A stretch of 64,000 nt of DNA from Takakia lepidozioides (lineage: Eukaryota; Plantae; Bryophyta). Position 1 is the stretch's first letter, and every line of letters begins with the position of its first letter. Under the pieces are notes generated by a model. It was given only the letters and a program-made list of their open reading frames with translations, had not been told where the DNA came from and made no database searches. The position numbers were made by a program, and so were the translations under genes. The DNA is taken from the NCBI GenBank assembly GCA_030704615.1, contig CM060732.1, positions 1,922,001-1,986,000 on the forward strand. Direction: 5' to 3'. Of this stretch, positions 13,355-25,909 are shown in pieces.

Positions 13355-14225
13355 ACACATACGAGCCATGCCTGCTTCCCACGCTGGTTTCCAGGTTACC
13401 GTGTGAAGACTTTGCATTTAGGACAAACACACACATTTCGTTCACGGAACCAGGGCAAATGCACATGCCATTCATTGTAAGCGTCTATCTGTGAATTGAA
13501 ATAAAGTGTGTCAATCATTCTGAGCTCAATTCTCCCATATTTTCATATTCCTCTTGTTGTGCAGGCATTGCAGACATGGTGCATGGTGGCCCCCTTTGTT
13601 TTGTCCACGGTAATAGGCCCTCTTCGTGCAATCCTCACCTATAGGACCTGCTTCTCCAGCAGATTTGTGCCGCTCACGCTTCCTTGAAGCGTGAGCTCAG
13701 CTCCCAGGCTCACGGGGCTGGGCTCACGCCGTAGCTACGCTGTACTAGAAGTCTCCGTTACCATATAACCATATGGCAAACAAGTCTGGAAAGCTGTTCT
13801 TGGTGTGAGTTTGATCCACAGAATATCCTTTGGAATCCAATTCTTTACCAGTACAAGCTCTTCATGCATATGAGTATAAACATTCACCTTCCTTTCCTCC
13901 CAGCCTTCAAACTCTACTCGCTTAATGGATAGCAATGCTATCACATAAACCAGTGTTGGTAACCAACGTGCTCTTCCTCTATATGCCACCTGATAAATCT
14001 TTATCACCCTTTTCTCCAGACCCCACTCAGGGTCAGCATCATGCACTCTCTTAATAATGTTTTCTCTACAACCGTCTGGCAATTCCAAGAACCTCTGAAA
14101 GAATTGTTTGGACAATCTTTCCTTCTCAGTTTCACAGGGAATTTGATTCACATCAAATTCTTTAATTCTCCAACCACCATGATCCCACCAGATGCCTGTC
14201 ACATCTGGCTGTTCATGACCCAGTT

Positions 14226-14242
14226 CCCCAGTATGGTCGCCA
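14226..14242 (-). promoter_or_regulatory. Primer binding site TGGCGACCATACTGGGG (probably tRNA-Arg type)
   Basis: Starts with TGG, 2 nt from the LTR end. The same sequence is at 38347-38364. Confidence 0.8.
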
Positions 14243-14244
14243 AA

Positions 14245-15168
14245 TGTCGAGCGGCTTTTACTCACCCATCCCTTCGCTATCCGAGGTGGAAACTGCAAGA
14301 TAGAAGAGTTATTATCTCTAAGCACTCAGCCCGCTCAGAACAATCAGTCATGACCTGCAGCTAGTGAATCATGGTTGTGCTTCTTATTTGTATTCCTTCT
14401 TGCCTTCATGTTATCAATTTACCTTACCGTGTATACTGAAGCATCAAATTGCTTCAGTATCTATTAAGTTCCAGTTAATCATGCATTCATTCCACAACTT
14501 CACTCATGTCACTCTACACAGTGTGTTTGTATCCAATAAGTATCAGATTATGATTTATCAGGTATCAGGCCAATGCTAAGGTGACTCTAATCTGCCCTAC
14601 CGTATCACTATAGCTCTGCAGGTAATCAGCATCTACTGTTCATCTTTCCTCCTTCTTGCTCCCCGCCTGATTTCCTCTCATGCATGACCCAGAAGCGCTC
14701 CCCGTGAAGTGTGTGTCCCCTTCTTTCCGTTGCCGCTCTCCTTATCTGCCCGCAAGCTGTTCTAACCACCTAACTAATTAACCGTCATCCCTGAAGTAAC
14801 ACGTTCCTTCTGCAGATGTCGTTCCCTCACAGTCGTTCCCAGTCAATGATAATTGTTCCCCATGTACTGTGACTGGCTATGTAAGGCTGTGTCGGCTGTG
14901 TCGGGCTGTGACTGGCTGTGTTGGCTGTGACGGGCTGTGTGAAACTGTGGCGGCTGTGACTGGCTGTGATGGGCTGTGCGAAGCTGTGGCAGGCTGTGTC
15001 GGGCTGTGACGGGCTGTGTAAAGCTGTGTCGGGCTGTGTTGGCTGTGTAACCCCCTTAAAGCCTGCTGCTGCCACCTCTAAGGCTCCTGTTGGTCTCAGT
15101 CTGCGCAAAAATTAAGGGTACCCCACAGAACCCGTAAAAGCGTCTAAGTCCCAAGCAGCCCTCTAACA
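14245..15168 (-). repeat. 5' LTR of copy A' (924 bp, TG...CA), diverged from the copy B LTRs
   Basis: TGTCGAGCGG...CTCTAACA with an internal GGCTGTG minisatellite; directly abuts PPR coding sequence. Confidence 0.9.
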
Positions 15169-15945
15169 CATGTATGCGAAATGTGGGTGCATCGAGGATG
15201 CGAAGGGAGTTTTCAACAGTATGGCTGAACGAGATGTGTTGTCGTGGAACACGATGCTTGCGGGGTATGCACAGCAAGGCCGCGGGAAGGAGGCTTTGGA
15301 GACCTATGATCAAATGATGGCGGAAGGGGTGAAGCCCGACCACATCACGTTTGATGGCATTTGCAATGCATGTGCAAGCCTGGCAGCCCTGGAAAATGGC
15401 AAAGAGATCCATGGTGACTTGTCAGAGCTGGAATCGTACCCGATGTCATTCTGAACAGTACTCTCGTGGACATGTATGCAAAATGTGGGTGCATCGAGGA
15501 TGCAAAGGGAGTGTTCAATAGTATGGTTGAACGAGATGTGGTGTCGTGGAGTGCGATGATTGCAGGATATGCACAGCAAGGGCATGGGATGGAGGCTTTG
15601 GAGACCTATGAGCACCTTCTTCAACACATTTCAGCCTATTTTCCCTGTTATCAGAGTCGTCCCTAAATTTTGAGGTTGAATTATGCAAGTTAGCTCTTTG
15701 GTGCAAAAAAGTGAAGGCCTGTTGGAAGCGCAAGTCAGCATATGAACTAGTGTGATAAGTAGGGTTAGGGTGTTTGCTAGAACAAATCTAGGCTGTCATT
15801 GTCAGCTGCTAGGAGCAAGGCAAGGATGTGTGCATGATTTGTGCAGAGGCAGAGATAGCTGAAGGAGCAGGGATAGAGAGTGGGTCCAGATTCATCCAAA
15901 AGGGCCAGATTTCAAGCACAAGATTACTTCTGATTCCCTGTCATT
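15169..15945 (+). pseudogene. PLS-class PPR gene fragment followed by an OSB-type PDF motif remnant
   Basis: MYAKCGCIEDAKGVFNSMAERDVLSWNTMLAGYAQQG...VKPDHITF repeats with a frameshift; HPKGPDFKHKIT at ~15893-15928. Confidence 0.85.
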
Positions 15946-16300
15946 TGTGTTATTCAAAGCACTTACAAGGCACAGTGGGGAAGACATCATCCATTTCAAC
16001 TTTAATTTCTTGCTGTTTGTGGGTGTGACCACTACTAATGGACAGACTTTACTGACTGCAGGATGGGAGGATATGGAAGAAGAGACTAGCAGCAAGTGCC
16101 AGACAGAGGGTTGAATTTATCAGTACCATGCGAGATAATGATCATACCTTGTTCTATAGCAATGTTCATCATCGTCAATGCTGTGGCCCTTCCGGCGAGA
16201 CATTTTTGCTTCTAGCGCACAATGCTCCTGGACATGTATTGAACAAATCTTTGGAATAAGATGCATCATGTTGTTGTTAATGGTGTAGGGTTTTGGTTGT

Positions 16301-17292
16301 TGTCGCGCGGCTTTTACTCACCCATCCCTTCGCTATTCGAGGCGGAAACTCCAAGATTGAAGAGTTGGAAATCTCTAAGTACTCAGCCCGCGCAGAACAA
16401 TCAGTCATGACCTACAGCTAGTGTATCATGGGGGTGTTTCCTATTTGTTTCCCTTTTGGTATTCATGTTAACTATCTTACCATTGATAATTAAGTATCAG
16501 TTTGCTTTATCAATCTATTGGATTCCATCAACTCATCCATTCATTCCACAGCTTCACTCAGATCTCTCTACACAGTGTGTTTGTATCGTAAAAGTATCCG
16601 ATTATGATTTATCAGGTATCAGGCCGAAGCCATTGTGTCTCTAATCTGCTCTACTCATCATCTCTCTATCTTCACTTCCGTTCTTTATCTCTGCCCGATC
16701 CCCTCTCCTCTATCACCCTGAAGTCCTCCTCCGAATGCTCCCCCTTCATTCCCCGTTTCTCCCTTTATCTTCCTATCCGCGGTTCTAACCGTTTCCCTCA
16801 CTAACCGTGTCTGTGAACTAACATGTTCCCTTCGCATGTGTTGTTCCCCACAGTCGTTCCCTGTCCTACTCTTCGTTCCCTATGATCGTGACAGCTGTGT
16901 CAAGCTGTGACTGGCTGTGTGAAACTGTGACGGGCTGTGACTGGCTGTGCGACTGTGTTTGGCTGTGCCGGGCTGTGTCGGCTGTGTCGGCTGTGTCTGC
17001 TGTGACGACTGTGACGGGCTGTGTTGGCTGTGTCGGCTGTGTCGGCTGTGTCTGCTGTGACGACTGTGACGGGCTGTGTTGGCTGTGTCGGTTGTGTCGG
17101 CTGTGTCTGCTGTGACGACTGTGTTGGCTGTGTTGGCTGTGACGACTGTGACGACTGTGACGGGCTGTGTAACCCCCCTCTACAGTGCGCTGCTGTCACC
17201 CCTAAGGTTCCTGTTGGTCTCAGTCTGTGCAAAAATTAAGGGTACCCTACAGATCCTGTATAAGTGTCTAAGTCCCCAACAGTCCTCTAACA
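16301..17292 (-). repeat. 3' LTR of copy B (992 bp)
   Basis: TGTCGCGCGG...CTCTAACA; matches 38367-39388; GGCTGTGTC/GACTGTGAC minisatellite at ~16890-17170. Confidence 0.95.
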
Positions 17293-17308
17293 TTACCCCT
17301 TCCCCCCT
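17293..17308 (-). promoter_or_regulatory. Polypurine tract of copy B
   Basis: Minus strand AGGGGGGAAGGGGTAA immediately precedes TGTTAGAGG, the LTR start. Confidence 0.88.
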
Positions 17309-17330
17309 AAAAAAGCCGTGTCCTCACGGT

Positions 17331-20300
17331 TTACTGATTTCGACTAGCAAACCTTTGTGAGTGAGCACCTTCTTGACGTTGAGAGTTTCTTGGCGGACTG
17401 TGTGTACGAGCCCGAGGTCTGTCTCTGGTTGACGGAGATGGTTGATCACTACCTGGATAAGTGAGGCCCTCTGGAGGCTGATATCGAGGTAATCTTTCAT
17501 GCATAGGAGATCCCCTTCGCTTCTTCTCTTCCATCTGAATTGCATAGTCTTCTCCCATGTCAAAAGAATTCGGTGAAGAAACAGTTGTATCAGAATCCTC
17601 ATCGCCTCTCAGGTGTTTTAATTTTCGAACTTTTTGTGGAATCATCTGGGGCATACAATGCTGTCCTACCATGTCTGGAAGTTTGTATTTTACAACTTGG
17701 TGTAACCGCTGAACAGCAAAATTGGTGTAGACACTGAGCTCCTTGTCTGTCCAGGTGAGTGGGGTACCAATTACTGGTGCAGCGTGCAAGTATTTCCATG
17801 CCACATGTCCCTTATAGAAAATGTCATCAATGCCGAATTTCTGTGTTGACAAATGGTTGCAGGCCGCTTGAAACCATGAACGAATTTGAGAATCCTTTTG
17901 CATCATAACTTTTGGGTCATATAGGTACATATGAGGTGGCACCGAAGGTAATACCCAATGATCTCCACTGGAATAACTCAGAAAGCGTGTTTGCATCTTT
18001 TGTTGCTCAATGTGGTAACGTACCAGGAAACAAGCAGCGTAGTATAACCCGCACCCCATGACAATACTTGCTATCTCCTTGGTCTTGGTATAAATGAGTC
18101 CATGTACAACCTGGAAAGCAATCAATTCCCTCAACATGGTACCTGCTTCGTGCCAGTATTGTGCAAAGTGATGATCTTCAATATGTCGATTGTTCGGAAG
18201 AACTTTAGTCCTAGTTGCCACTGGCAGCCATATACGCATGATTCGGTAGTAATGTGCGAATGACTGCGGAGGACTAAATTCTTTCCAAGCCAAATCCAAC
18301 ATGATGGGAATTTGGTTGAAGGGCATAATCATAGCCCTACTGTACTCCCTTGCAGCTGGAGTTTTAGGTGGGTTAAAAGCGGCATTGCCCCATACCTCCG
18401 GCTGTGGTGGCTGTGGTGTGGTTGTAGTAACCACAGGTTCAGCTATTGGTACAGTGACTTGTTGTGGTGGTGGTGGTACTGGCTCTTGTATCATTGGCAT
18501 CTCCTGCCCCTCCTGTGAAGACTGAAAAGCCAAAGTTCTGGCTTGTAAATAAGAAGCCATTAGCTGTTCCTGAGGGATATAGACTCTTTGGTCGATGTTT
18601 GAAGTGAGGTCTTCCACTTGAGTCTGCAGTCCGTCTACATCCTCTTGTAACTCTGCTATCCTACTATAGACATTGTCTATAGTAGTTGTGGCAATGTTCT
18701 ACACCTGCAGCCTGAGCTCATTCATCTCGCTTTGGGTGAGCTTCCATGGTGCTTTGCCCTCTACTGGCCCTTGTGCTAACCAGACCTGCATAAGGCTGTT
18801 ATCCACTAAGTTGCTTGTGGTTCCCCTGAGAGTTTGCTCCTCTCTTAGCTTGTACAATTCCAACTGCTGTTGTAAAGCCTCCATGCGCTTTGCCTGAGGT
18901 TCAACCAATTGCGCATAAGCAGCAAGTAGATTATTGGCTTCCTTCCAAGCCTTGTTATTGACTACGATTTCATTTTTATTGGCCATGATGGTTTGTTGCA
19001 ACTCCACGATGTGCTTCTCTTGATCAGCTTCAATCTGCCTGTATTGCTTGAAAGTATCTGCACATTGTATCGCCATCCTGTTATGCACTGTCTGCAACTC
19101 CGTATGTAGTGCATTCAGTTCTTGCAACTTGCTTTCATGTTGCACCTGCATTTGGTATAGCTGTTGCTTATGTGCTTCGTGCAACTGGTCTTGCGCGAGG
19201 CCTGCCTCAATCAATTGTTGCTTGGCCAATTGCAAAGCCATTTCTGTATTTCCCAAGTCCTGCTTCATCTTGAGAGTGACCTCTTCATCGACCTTGTTTG
19301 CACACTCAGTGGCAAGTCGAGCCTCAAACTCCTTCCTGAGTTCCTCTTTCAAGGCTGTCAATTGGGTAATTGGAACATGGGATTTGACATAAGTCCCCAA
19401 CAAATTAAGTGTCCTGCCTATGGAACTCATCAGCATTGCCTGTTGAGGGTCATCATGGTGAGGTTGCTGCTGTTCCTCCTGATCTTCAACAGTGTGATGT
19501 CTCACTAACCATTCAGGCTATTGTCCCACCGGATTTTCTTCCTGAACTACTTCATCTATCACCGGTGCTACAGTGTCATGACCTTCCGCCTGTGGTACCT
19601 CCGGCACAGGTGTGTGTATTATATGCACCACAGGATTTCCCTTGGGCAACTGTTGCACCTCTGGGATTTCTGTCTCCTTGACCAGACCAGAATATTCATA
19701 GAGAAGGTCCCCCTTCTCTATTTCTGCCACTATCTGTTCTGTAGTTGGAATATCTAACCCTTCACTTTCCAAATCAATTATTTCTGGTTGAGCTGCATGG
19801 ATAACTTGTGACCTTGTGACAAGTCGTTCAGGTGGCTGTGATGGTTGTGATGCAGAAGTAACTTCCTCCTCCCTCTCCGAAGGTCCTGCTTCCAGTAATA
19901 GCATTTCTCTGTGCTGCTGTGCCCCTTCCTGGCCATGAGCTTGGGAAACATTATCATGCGGAATCCGTGAAGCCAGTGGATCCGCCACTACAGTCTTTCC
20001 CCGTCTCTGCCTCTTAGTCTCGGGTTGCCCTGCTAGTCCACCCTCACTATGTGAAGAGCCTTGCTCTTCCATTGCAGTTGTTTCTGGCTCAAACACTCCC
20101 ATTTCCTTTCTTTCTTGTGCATTAAGTATGCCAGAATCAAGGATTATTTGAGCAATGATTGGGCCAGACACTATTATAGGAGACTTTGCGGTAGTACCTT
20201 GTAATCTTTTCATCTCCTCTACCAGTGCGTTGTACATTATGTCCGCCCATTGTACCTCTCGTCCCTTCAGGCCTTTGAGTATTTCCTCCGTGAAGGATCT

Positions 20301-20963
20301 GCTCAAATACTGTTGGTTCTGTTTCATGGCAATCAGAACGTTCAATACCTGGCCTACCTCTTTTAACCCTGGGTACACAGCCTTGGTACAAGCATAACCC
20401 TGAGTTTTAAAGAAACTCCCTTCTTGGAATAAGTCCTCTATTTGCAGTCTTGCCCTGTGTTGCTCCACATGCACCTGACCTGCTGGTAATCGAAACAATT
20501 GCTGGAGGTATAGGGGAGTAATCATTAATTCAACTCCCTTCACCGTTGTTGTTCCTGTCCTTGGCTCAAAGTTCTGCAAAAATTGTAACATGTATTGTCT
20601 ATGGTGTAGTGTCCAATCTAGGCTTTGCAATCCTTGCAATCTCAGCTCCTCCAGTATCTGTATCGCCTGTGGGGTAGCAATCGTTTGTTTCTGCAGAATT
20701 GTGGTGCTCTTCACCCTGATTTCCTCCATTCCTCTCACTCTCTTCATTTTAGACTCACAGAACTGTTTTGGCTGTAACAACTGCAGGAATGCCTGTAGTG
20801 CACAAAGCATAAACGTATGGTTGTCGCAGAAAGCTATGGATAATTTCTTGTAAGCCTGCGGGGCTTGCAAGCATCGCTCAAGAGAAAAGCTCCGCTCTGT
20901 CCTTTCGTGTCTATGCCACTGCGTAAGTAATATTGCGAGCGTATAGTCTGTTAGTTCCTCCAT
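17331..20963 (-). pseudogene. Large accessory ORF 3' of pol (~1210 codons) broken by two in-frame TAG stops
   Basis: ORFs 19518..21770, 18699..19505 and 17331..18617 share one frame, with single TAGs at 19518-20 and 18699-701. The N-terminal part resembles plant retroelement accessory ORFs (LQFLQNF..TVKGVELMIT..LFRLP); the middle is coiled-coil-like. Confidence 0.75.
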
Positions 20964-21435
20964 AGTTTCCAAGGTATAGCATTGATGGTCTGTCCTGTCG
21001 AGACGCCCGTTACTCAGAACGACGCCGCCTTTTGCGCTCAATTTCCCTCCATTTTCTTGATCCTTTCTCTGGTTTTCTATTGGCTGTATCCGCTGTGACT
21101 GGATTTTAGATTTTATCTTGTTTAGTGGACTTTCCCTGTTGGATAGTCCACTAGGATCATACATGTGACAAGAATTCGGCTTTTCTGTACTTGCCGTTCG
21201 TTCCGTTTCCCTTTTTCCGTACTCATTAATGGGCCCGCTTTTCATCCCTTTTGACGGCCGTTCTTGTCCTCTTTCTTTTTGACACCTGTCCTTGCACTTC
21301 ATTCTCGGCTGTGTGTCGCGCCCTGACCTCCACGTGTCTATTTTTAAAGTAATTTCCGTTTCTTCTTCCTTCAGCCATTTTCCTGAAGTTATTATGTGTC
21401 CACTTGTCACTGATTCTATGGATCGTGTAACTTTA

Positions 21436-21628
21436 GTAGGCTGTGTTGAGCTGTGACAGGCTGTGTCATACTGTGTTACGCTGTGATAGGCTGTGATAGG
21501 CTGTGATGCACTGTGGTAAGCTGTGATAGGCTGTGACACGCTGTGGTAGGTTGTGATAGGCTGTGTTGCGCCGTGCTGGGCTGTGATAGGCTGTGTCACG
21601 TCGTGATGGGCTGTGATAGGCTGTGTTA
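21436..21628. repeat. GGCTGTG-rich minisatellite 3' of pol in copy B
   Basis: Same ~30-bp units as 935-1118. Confidence 0.88.
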
Positions 21629-22527
21629 CGTTTGTTTTGCCCACCCTGGTCATATATGCTGGGCCTAGCGACAAGTGCTCCATACTCCGTTCGTAACACT
21701 GGTGCAGCCCGTGACTGCTCTTGCGGTTCAACATGCAAATCATGCTGCAAGGGTTTGTCATGGATACCACTGTACCCCTTCAACTTATTTGCATTGACTC
21801 TTCCCAGCATTTCTTTGTTAATGGTTTGTAACATGGCGGTGTTGTTATCATACATCTTTTGTATGACATAAGGTCCTTTCCACGGTGATTTAAGCTTAGA
21901 AGCTTGAATCTTTCCTTTCTTCTGCAACCATAGAACCAAATCCCCCGTCTTAAAAGTCTTTAACTTGTCTTCATCAAACTGTTCCTTTCGCTTCATCTGA
22001 ATTCTGGTCATATTATCAGCTGCATCAGCACGTACTTCTTCCACATGGTATAATTCATGTTTCCTGACCTTGATGGAGTCTTGCAATTCCATTCTTTTTC
22101 CCCACTCCGTTCTCATGGTAGGTAACAGGAATTCCACTGGAAGTAAGGCTTCCATACCATAAACTAATTGGAATGGTGTATATTTAGTGGTGACTTTATA
22201 TGAAGTCCTGTATGACCACAAAGCTGTCAGCAGCTTTGTATCCCAATCCGTTCTGTTTGCATTGACTATCTTAGCCAAGATAGTACATAGTATTTTGTTG
22301 GTAGCCTCTGCCTGCCCATTACCCTGTGGGTAATATGTTGTACTCTTTCTATGCACAATCATAAACTCTTTAGTCAACAACTCAATGGTCGCATTCATGA
22401 AGTGACTTCCTTAATCACTGATAAATTCTAAGGGACAGCCAAATCGTGTAAGTATGTTCTCGTACAGGAACCTTGCTGTGGACTTGGCTGTGTTGTCCCT
22501 CAAAGCTTTAGCTTCCACCCACTTTGT
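21466..22527 (-). pseudogene. Integrase C-terminal part of copy B pol
   Basis: Near-identical to copy A 1172-2015 (NGQAEATNK, WKGPY); separated from the rest of pol by the MULE. Confidence 0.92.
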
Positions 22528-22678
22528 AAAATGGCTAAGTCCCTAAACGGCAATAGGGCCTGGAACTGGAAAATGGCGACGAATTTCCAGTTCCGGGCCA
22601 GCCAGTCTAGGGACTTAGCCATTTTCGGAGCCCTGACTGGAAATTCGGCGCCATTTTCCCTAACACCACTTGAGGCCT

Positions 22679-25127
22679 CTAACATCCTGAAATGCCAGGA
22701 CTTGAAAGAAAGGCAGCGCGTATGTACCTGTACAGAAGGCGCATTGCTGCTTTGTCCGCGTTCGGCTGGTCGGTGAACTCGTGGCTCCGGCGAGCATCTG
22801 CTATCTCCCGAAAGAATAGGTTGGTTTTGTAGAGCAGAAAATACCTCGTCACATAGTCACGTAGGCTCTCTGCTGCAGGAGATATCTCCATCTTGAACTG
22901 ATGTGCTTGTGTGTCCAGCTGCTCTTGCGCATTCGTCGTCACCTGTGGAGATTGTCCATCAGATCGCTTTCCTCAAAAAATACAATGAATCCACCCCCTA
23001 CTAGAGTAGAAGCCCCAAACGTGGGGAAGTACCTGAAACCACCATGTCATGCGGTTCATCCACATGTCGAATGTGGGGTCAGAGAGTTTGTCCGGTTTGG
23101 GGAAGCTCCACATGTCCCTGGTACTTTGGGAACCATTCCAGATTTGGAGCCACCGGGTCTGTCCAACCACCCAGCATATTCGTAAGCGCCAAACACCACA
23201 AAAAGGAGTTGTTGCCACCACAATTTGGTTAAGAATGTATCACCTTTTATGTTGCATCCACACAGGATGTGGCTAGACGATGGAGCTTCTCCAATGTCAT
23301 CGTGGGCTTCAGAGCGCGAGAGTAGTGCTTCCCCACCTCCACCAGAAAGTCGGCACCAAGGGCGGGATCAGCTATGGCCACGTACTTTACCATCCGCGAC
23401 TTATACTTTATGCGGGCCCTCACCTCCGCAGCTTTGACATACGATTCGAGTTCCGGGAGGGTTGGATTCTTCTCCTCTGACTCCATGTAGAACCTCCGCG
23501 CATGTGCCAAATCCTGCTGTATTTTCGTCTGTCGAAAAGGCGCACATAAGATTAGAGATCATGCTCAACACAATTTCTTCTATTGGGGGAGGAGAGACAG
23601 ACTAGCTCAACAAAACTGTCAGGAGCTTTACCCGAAATATGTAGTCCACCATGGCGTCGACGCTCAGCCTATACCAGGTTCTGTCTGCCTTTGCCTCTGA
23701 CTTGCGCAGGAGGTCGGCACTGAGGGAATTGGCAAACTCTTGCACCCCCTGCTTCCCGACATTCTTCACTCGGAAGAGCATATGGGACAAGTTGGTGGCA
23801 ATGAAGGCATTCTCAGTCACCCTGCAGTGCCACATTTCCATCAAACAATACTGAAATGGGAATTTTCATCATATATGAGGATTCGCAATGAAATGACTTC
23901 CAAATTCAAAGTCCAAAAGCGAGAGGGGTTGTAGCCTACGAGTTGATGTCGGCCATTGCAGCTTTGAGAAGACTGCGATCTTTGGGCCCCGCAACCTTCA
24001 GCACAACACAATCGACGGCGAAATGCCAATCGAGATCGTTGGGGTGGGCTTGGGCAATGTGCTCCATCCATGCCAGGAGGCGATGATTGCCGTCCCACAC
24101 GTAGAACATCTTGCCGGACATGTGCTGGAAAAGAGGATCACTAGCAATCGATCTCTCGAACTCCTCATTTCGCGTTTGCCAATGGGGACCCCATTTGTCC
24201 ACCTCATCGGAAGTGTGGGCACGGGAAGCTCCGTGGTCGTTCTCAATGGAAACGTAAAAGGCGGCAGACCCCATTCGATATCCAGGACCGCCAAATCCAG
24301 CCTGTATGCTCCGGGTTTGGGGCCTGGGGATGTCCGGGAGGATGTCATCCTGGTCAGAAACCTCCATGTCGTCCTCCTCAACAGGGTCAGCCACCTGCAA
24401 AACCACCTCCAGCACTCTCGTCGTCTCTACTGCCCTCTCCCTGGCTTCACCTCGAACTTGCACAATCCGTTCTTTCAGGTGTTCTTTCCTCTCCTCCACT
24501 CTCCACCGTATGGGTAATTGCGGGGGCTGCTCTTGCCCGCGATGGTCTAACCGGTGTGCTACTGCCTCTCTGTGGTGTCTTGTAGGGATCCACCATCTCT
24601 GTGGGTCCCTTGCTTACATTGGCATCTGTCATTTGGGCACCCCTGGCCTCTTCAGCTGCCTTTTGTCTTTCCTCCTGGCTAGCATTCTGTCTCGTCTGTT
24701 CTTTTGCCCTCTCTTTTGCCCTCTCACGGGCTTTCTGTTTCTTACTAGGGCTAGCAGCAGGGGAGCCCTCCAGGACGACCACCTTTGATTGAGGCGAACT
24801 GACACCCTCGCGCGCACTGCTCACTCCCCCCTCCGCAGCCCGTGACTGCTCTATCGCCGGGGATTGCATGTGCTTAGCTTTCTTCTTTTTCTTTGCGTGG
24901 GCGGGCCCTACTGCATGTGCATGAACAACCTCCATTGCCGGATCTGCTGTCCTCATGTCCTCACGCCCTTCACCTGCCATGCCGCCTGCACCAACCTCCC
25001 CAATGCCTACTCTGTCGTAATCTCGTTGCAAGTCCTCCCGTCCACCAACAAAAGGTTTAAGTTTGCCCTCTCGCCCCAAGTTGGGCGATTCAAACATGCG
25101 ATGAGTTGGAGCTGTCGATGATACCAC
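22679..25127 (-). pseudogene. Intron-containing gene with a ParB/Srx-fold-like motif (second MULE gene), disrupted
   Basis: FYVWDGNHRLLAW in ORF 23936..24499. GT-AG introns at 23822-23939 and ~23529-23631 join it in frame to ORFs 23602..23844 and 23247..23510. Stop at 23247; frame change near 24480. Confidence 0.65.
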
Positions 25128-25909
25128 CAGCGTGCCGGGCTCGTCGTCACTCTGTCATTGACAAAAATCGTGAAAACCAACATCGGTGCAAAAAGCAGCA
25201 TCCCAACGAGCAGCGCAACCACCATAGCAACAATCATGTAGCAAAAATGAAAACATAACAAGTTTAGGAAGTATGGAGAGCCATGCAACAACAATGAAAA
25301 CAAATGCAACCATTGCCTAAGAATGACATGCACAAGCAGCCTTCTCCAGAGCTGCCGGATTTGCACACGCATTGCAAACAATCTAAGGTTCACTCAACTA
25401 TCTAAAGTTCACTCATACAGCAAAGCCAGGATGAAGATGCAAAAACAAAGCGAGGTAACAAGCGAAAGCAAAAAATAAATCGAACAAACCGAAAGCAGAA
25501 GTGGCTTGCCTGAGAGTACTCGGCTTCAGTTGGCGCAGGTTGTGAGCAAGACACTGGAATCTCCTGCTGGAGCTTCAGTTTGGCCATGCGAGAGATTGGC
25601 CGTCGTCCGTAGTACAGAGCTTTCAACTTCCGCCGCGGTCTGGATGTGAGGTCTCTCTCAGGAGAGCCACGCCCTTCAGGCGGCATAAGTCCCAGCCAAA
25701 AAGATCTCTTTTTTTGGGGTACATGCCTGGAATACCATGTTAAGCCAAGTTTAGCATGAGATTTAGGGTACGTGTCCAGGAAGCCATGCGTCGCCAGCCC
25801 GAATAATAACCGACGGCCGTCGACATTTATTGCCCAACTGCGCAATTAAATGTCGGATGAAGCCCTCCATGTCGGATGAAAATCGACGTAAACAGTCCCG
25901 GAATTTCCA

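Larger units (their letters stand above)
7820..13738 (+). mobile_element. Mutator-like (MULE) DNA transposon copy 1, left part deleted
   Basis: Contains a DDE/SWIM transposase and a palindrome array. The right end has repeated GCTCACG motifs and ends ...GCCGTAGCTAC, where gypsy sequence resumes at 13739. Confidence 0.8.
13739..15168 (-). mobile_element. 5' fragment (LTR, PBS, upstream ORF) of a second gypsy copy A'
   Basis: 13739-14196 is homologous but not identical to 7362-7819; the LTR and PBS adjoin it. Confidence 0.88.

Noticed and set aside
13739-14196. Giant target-site duplication around MULE copy 1
   Set aside because: Far too long for a MULE TSD and the two copies differ at many sites; a deletion fusion fits better.
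16882-17360. QPT/CVG-repeat ORFs (also 913-1201, 14827-15108, 38924-39495)
   Set aside because: Minisatellite translations inside LTRs or UTRs.
20964-21770. N-terminal 269 codons of the 750-aa ORF as real protein
   Set aside because: The frame runs through the integrase tail, minisatellite and spacer, and the equivalent region of copy A is not one open frame; ATG 20963 is the more plausible start.
22679-25127. Bacterial contamination or a plasmid parAB locus
   Set aside because: The gene has spliceosomal introns, there is no ParA/Walker ATPase, and it is nested in a plant retrotransposon.
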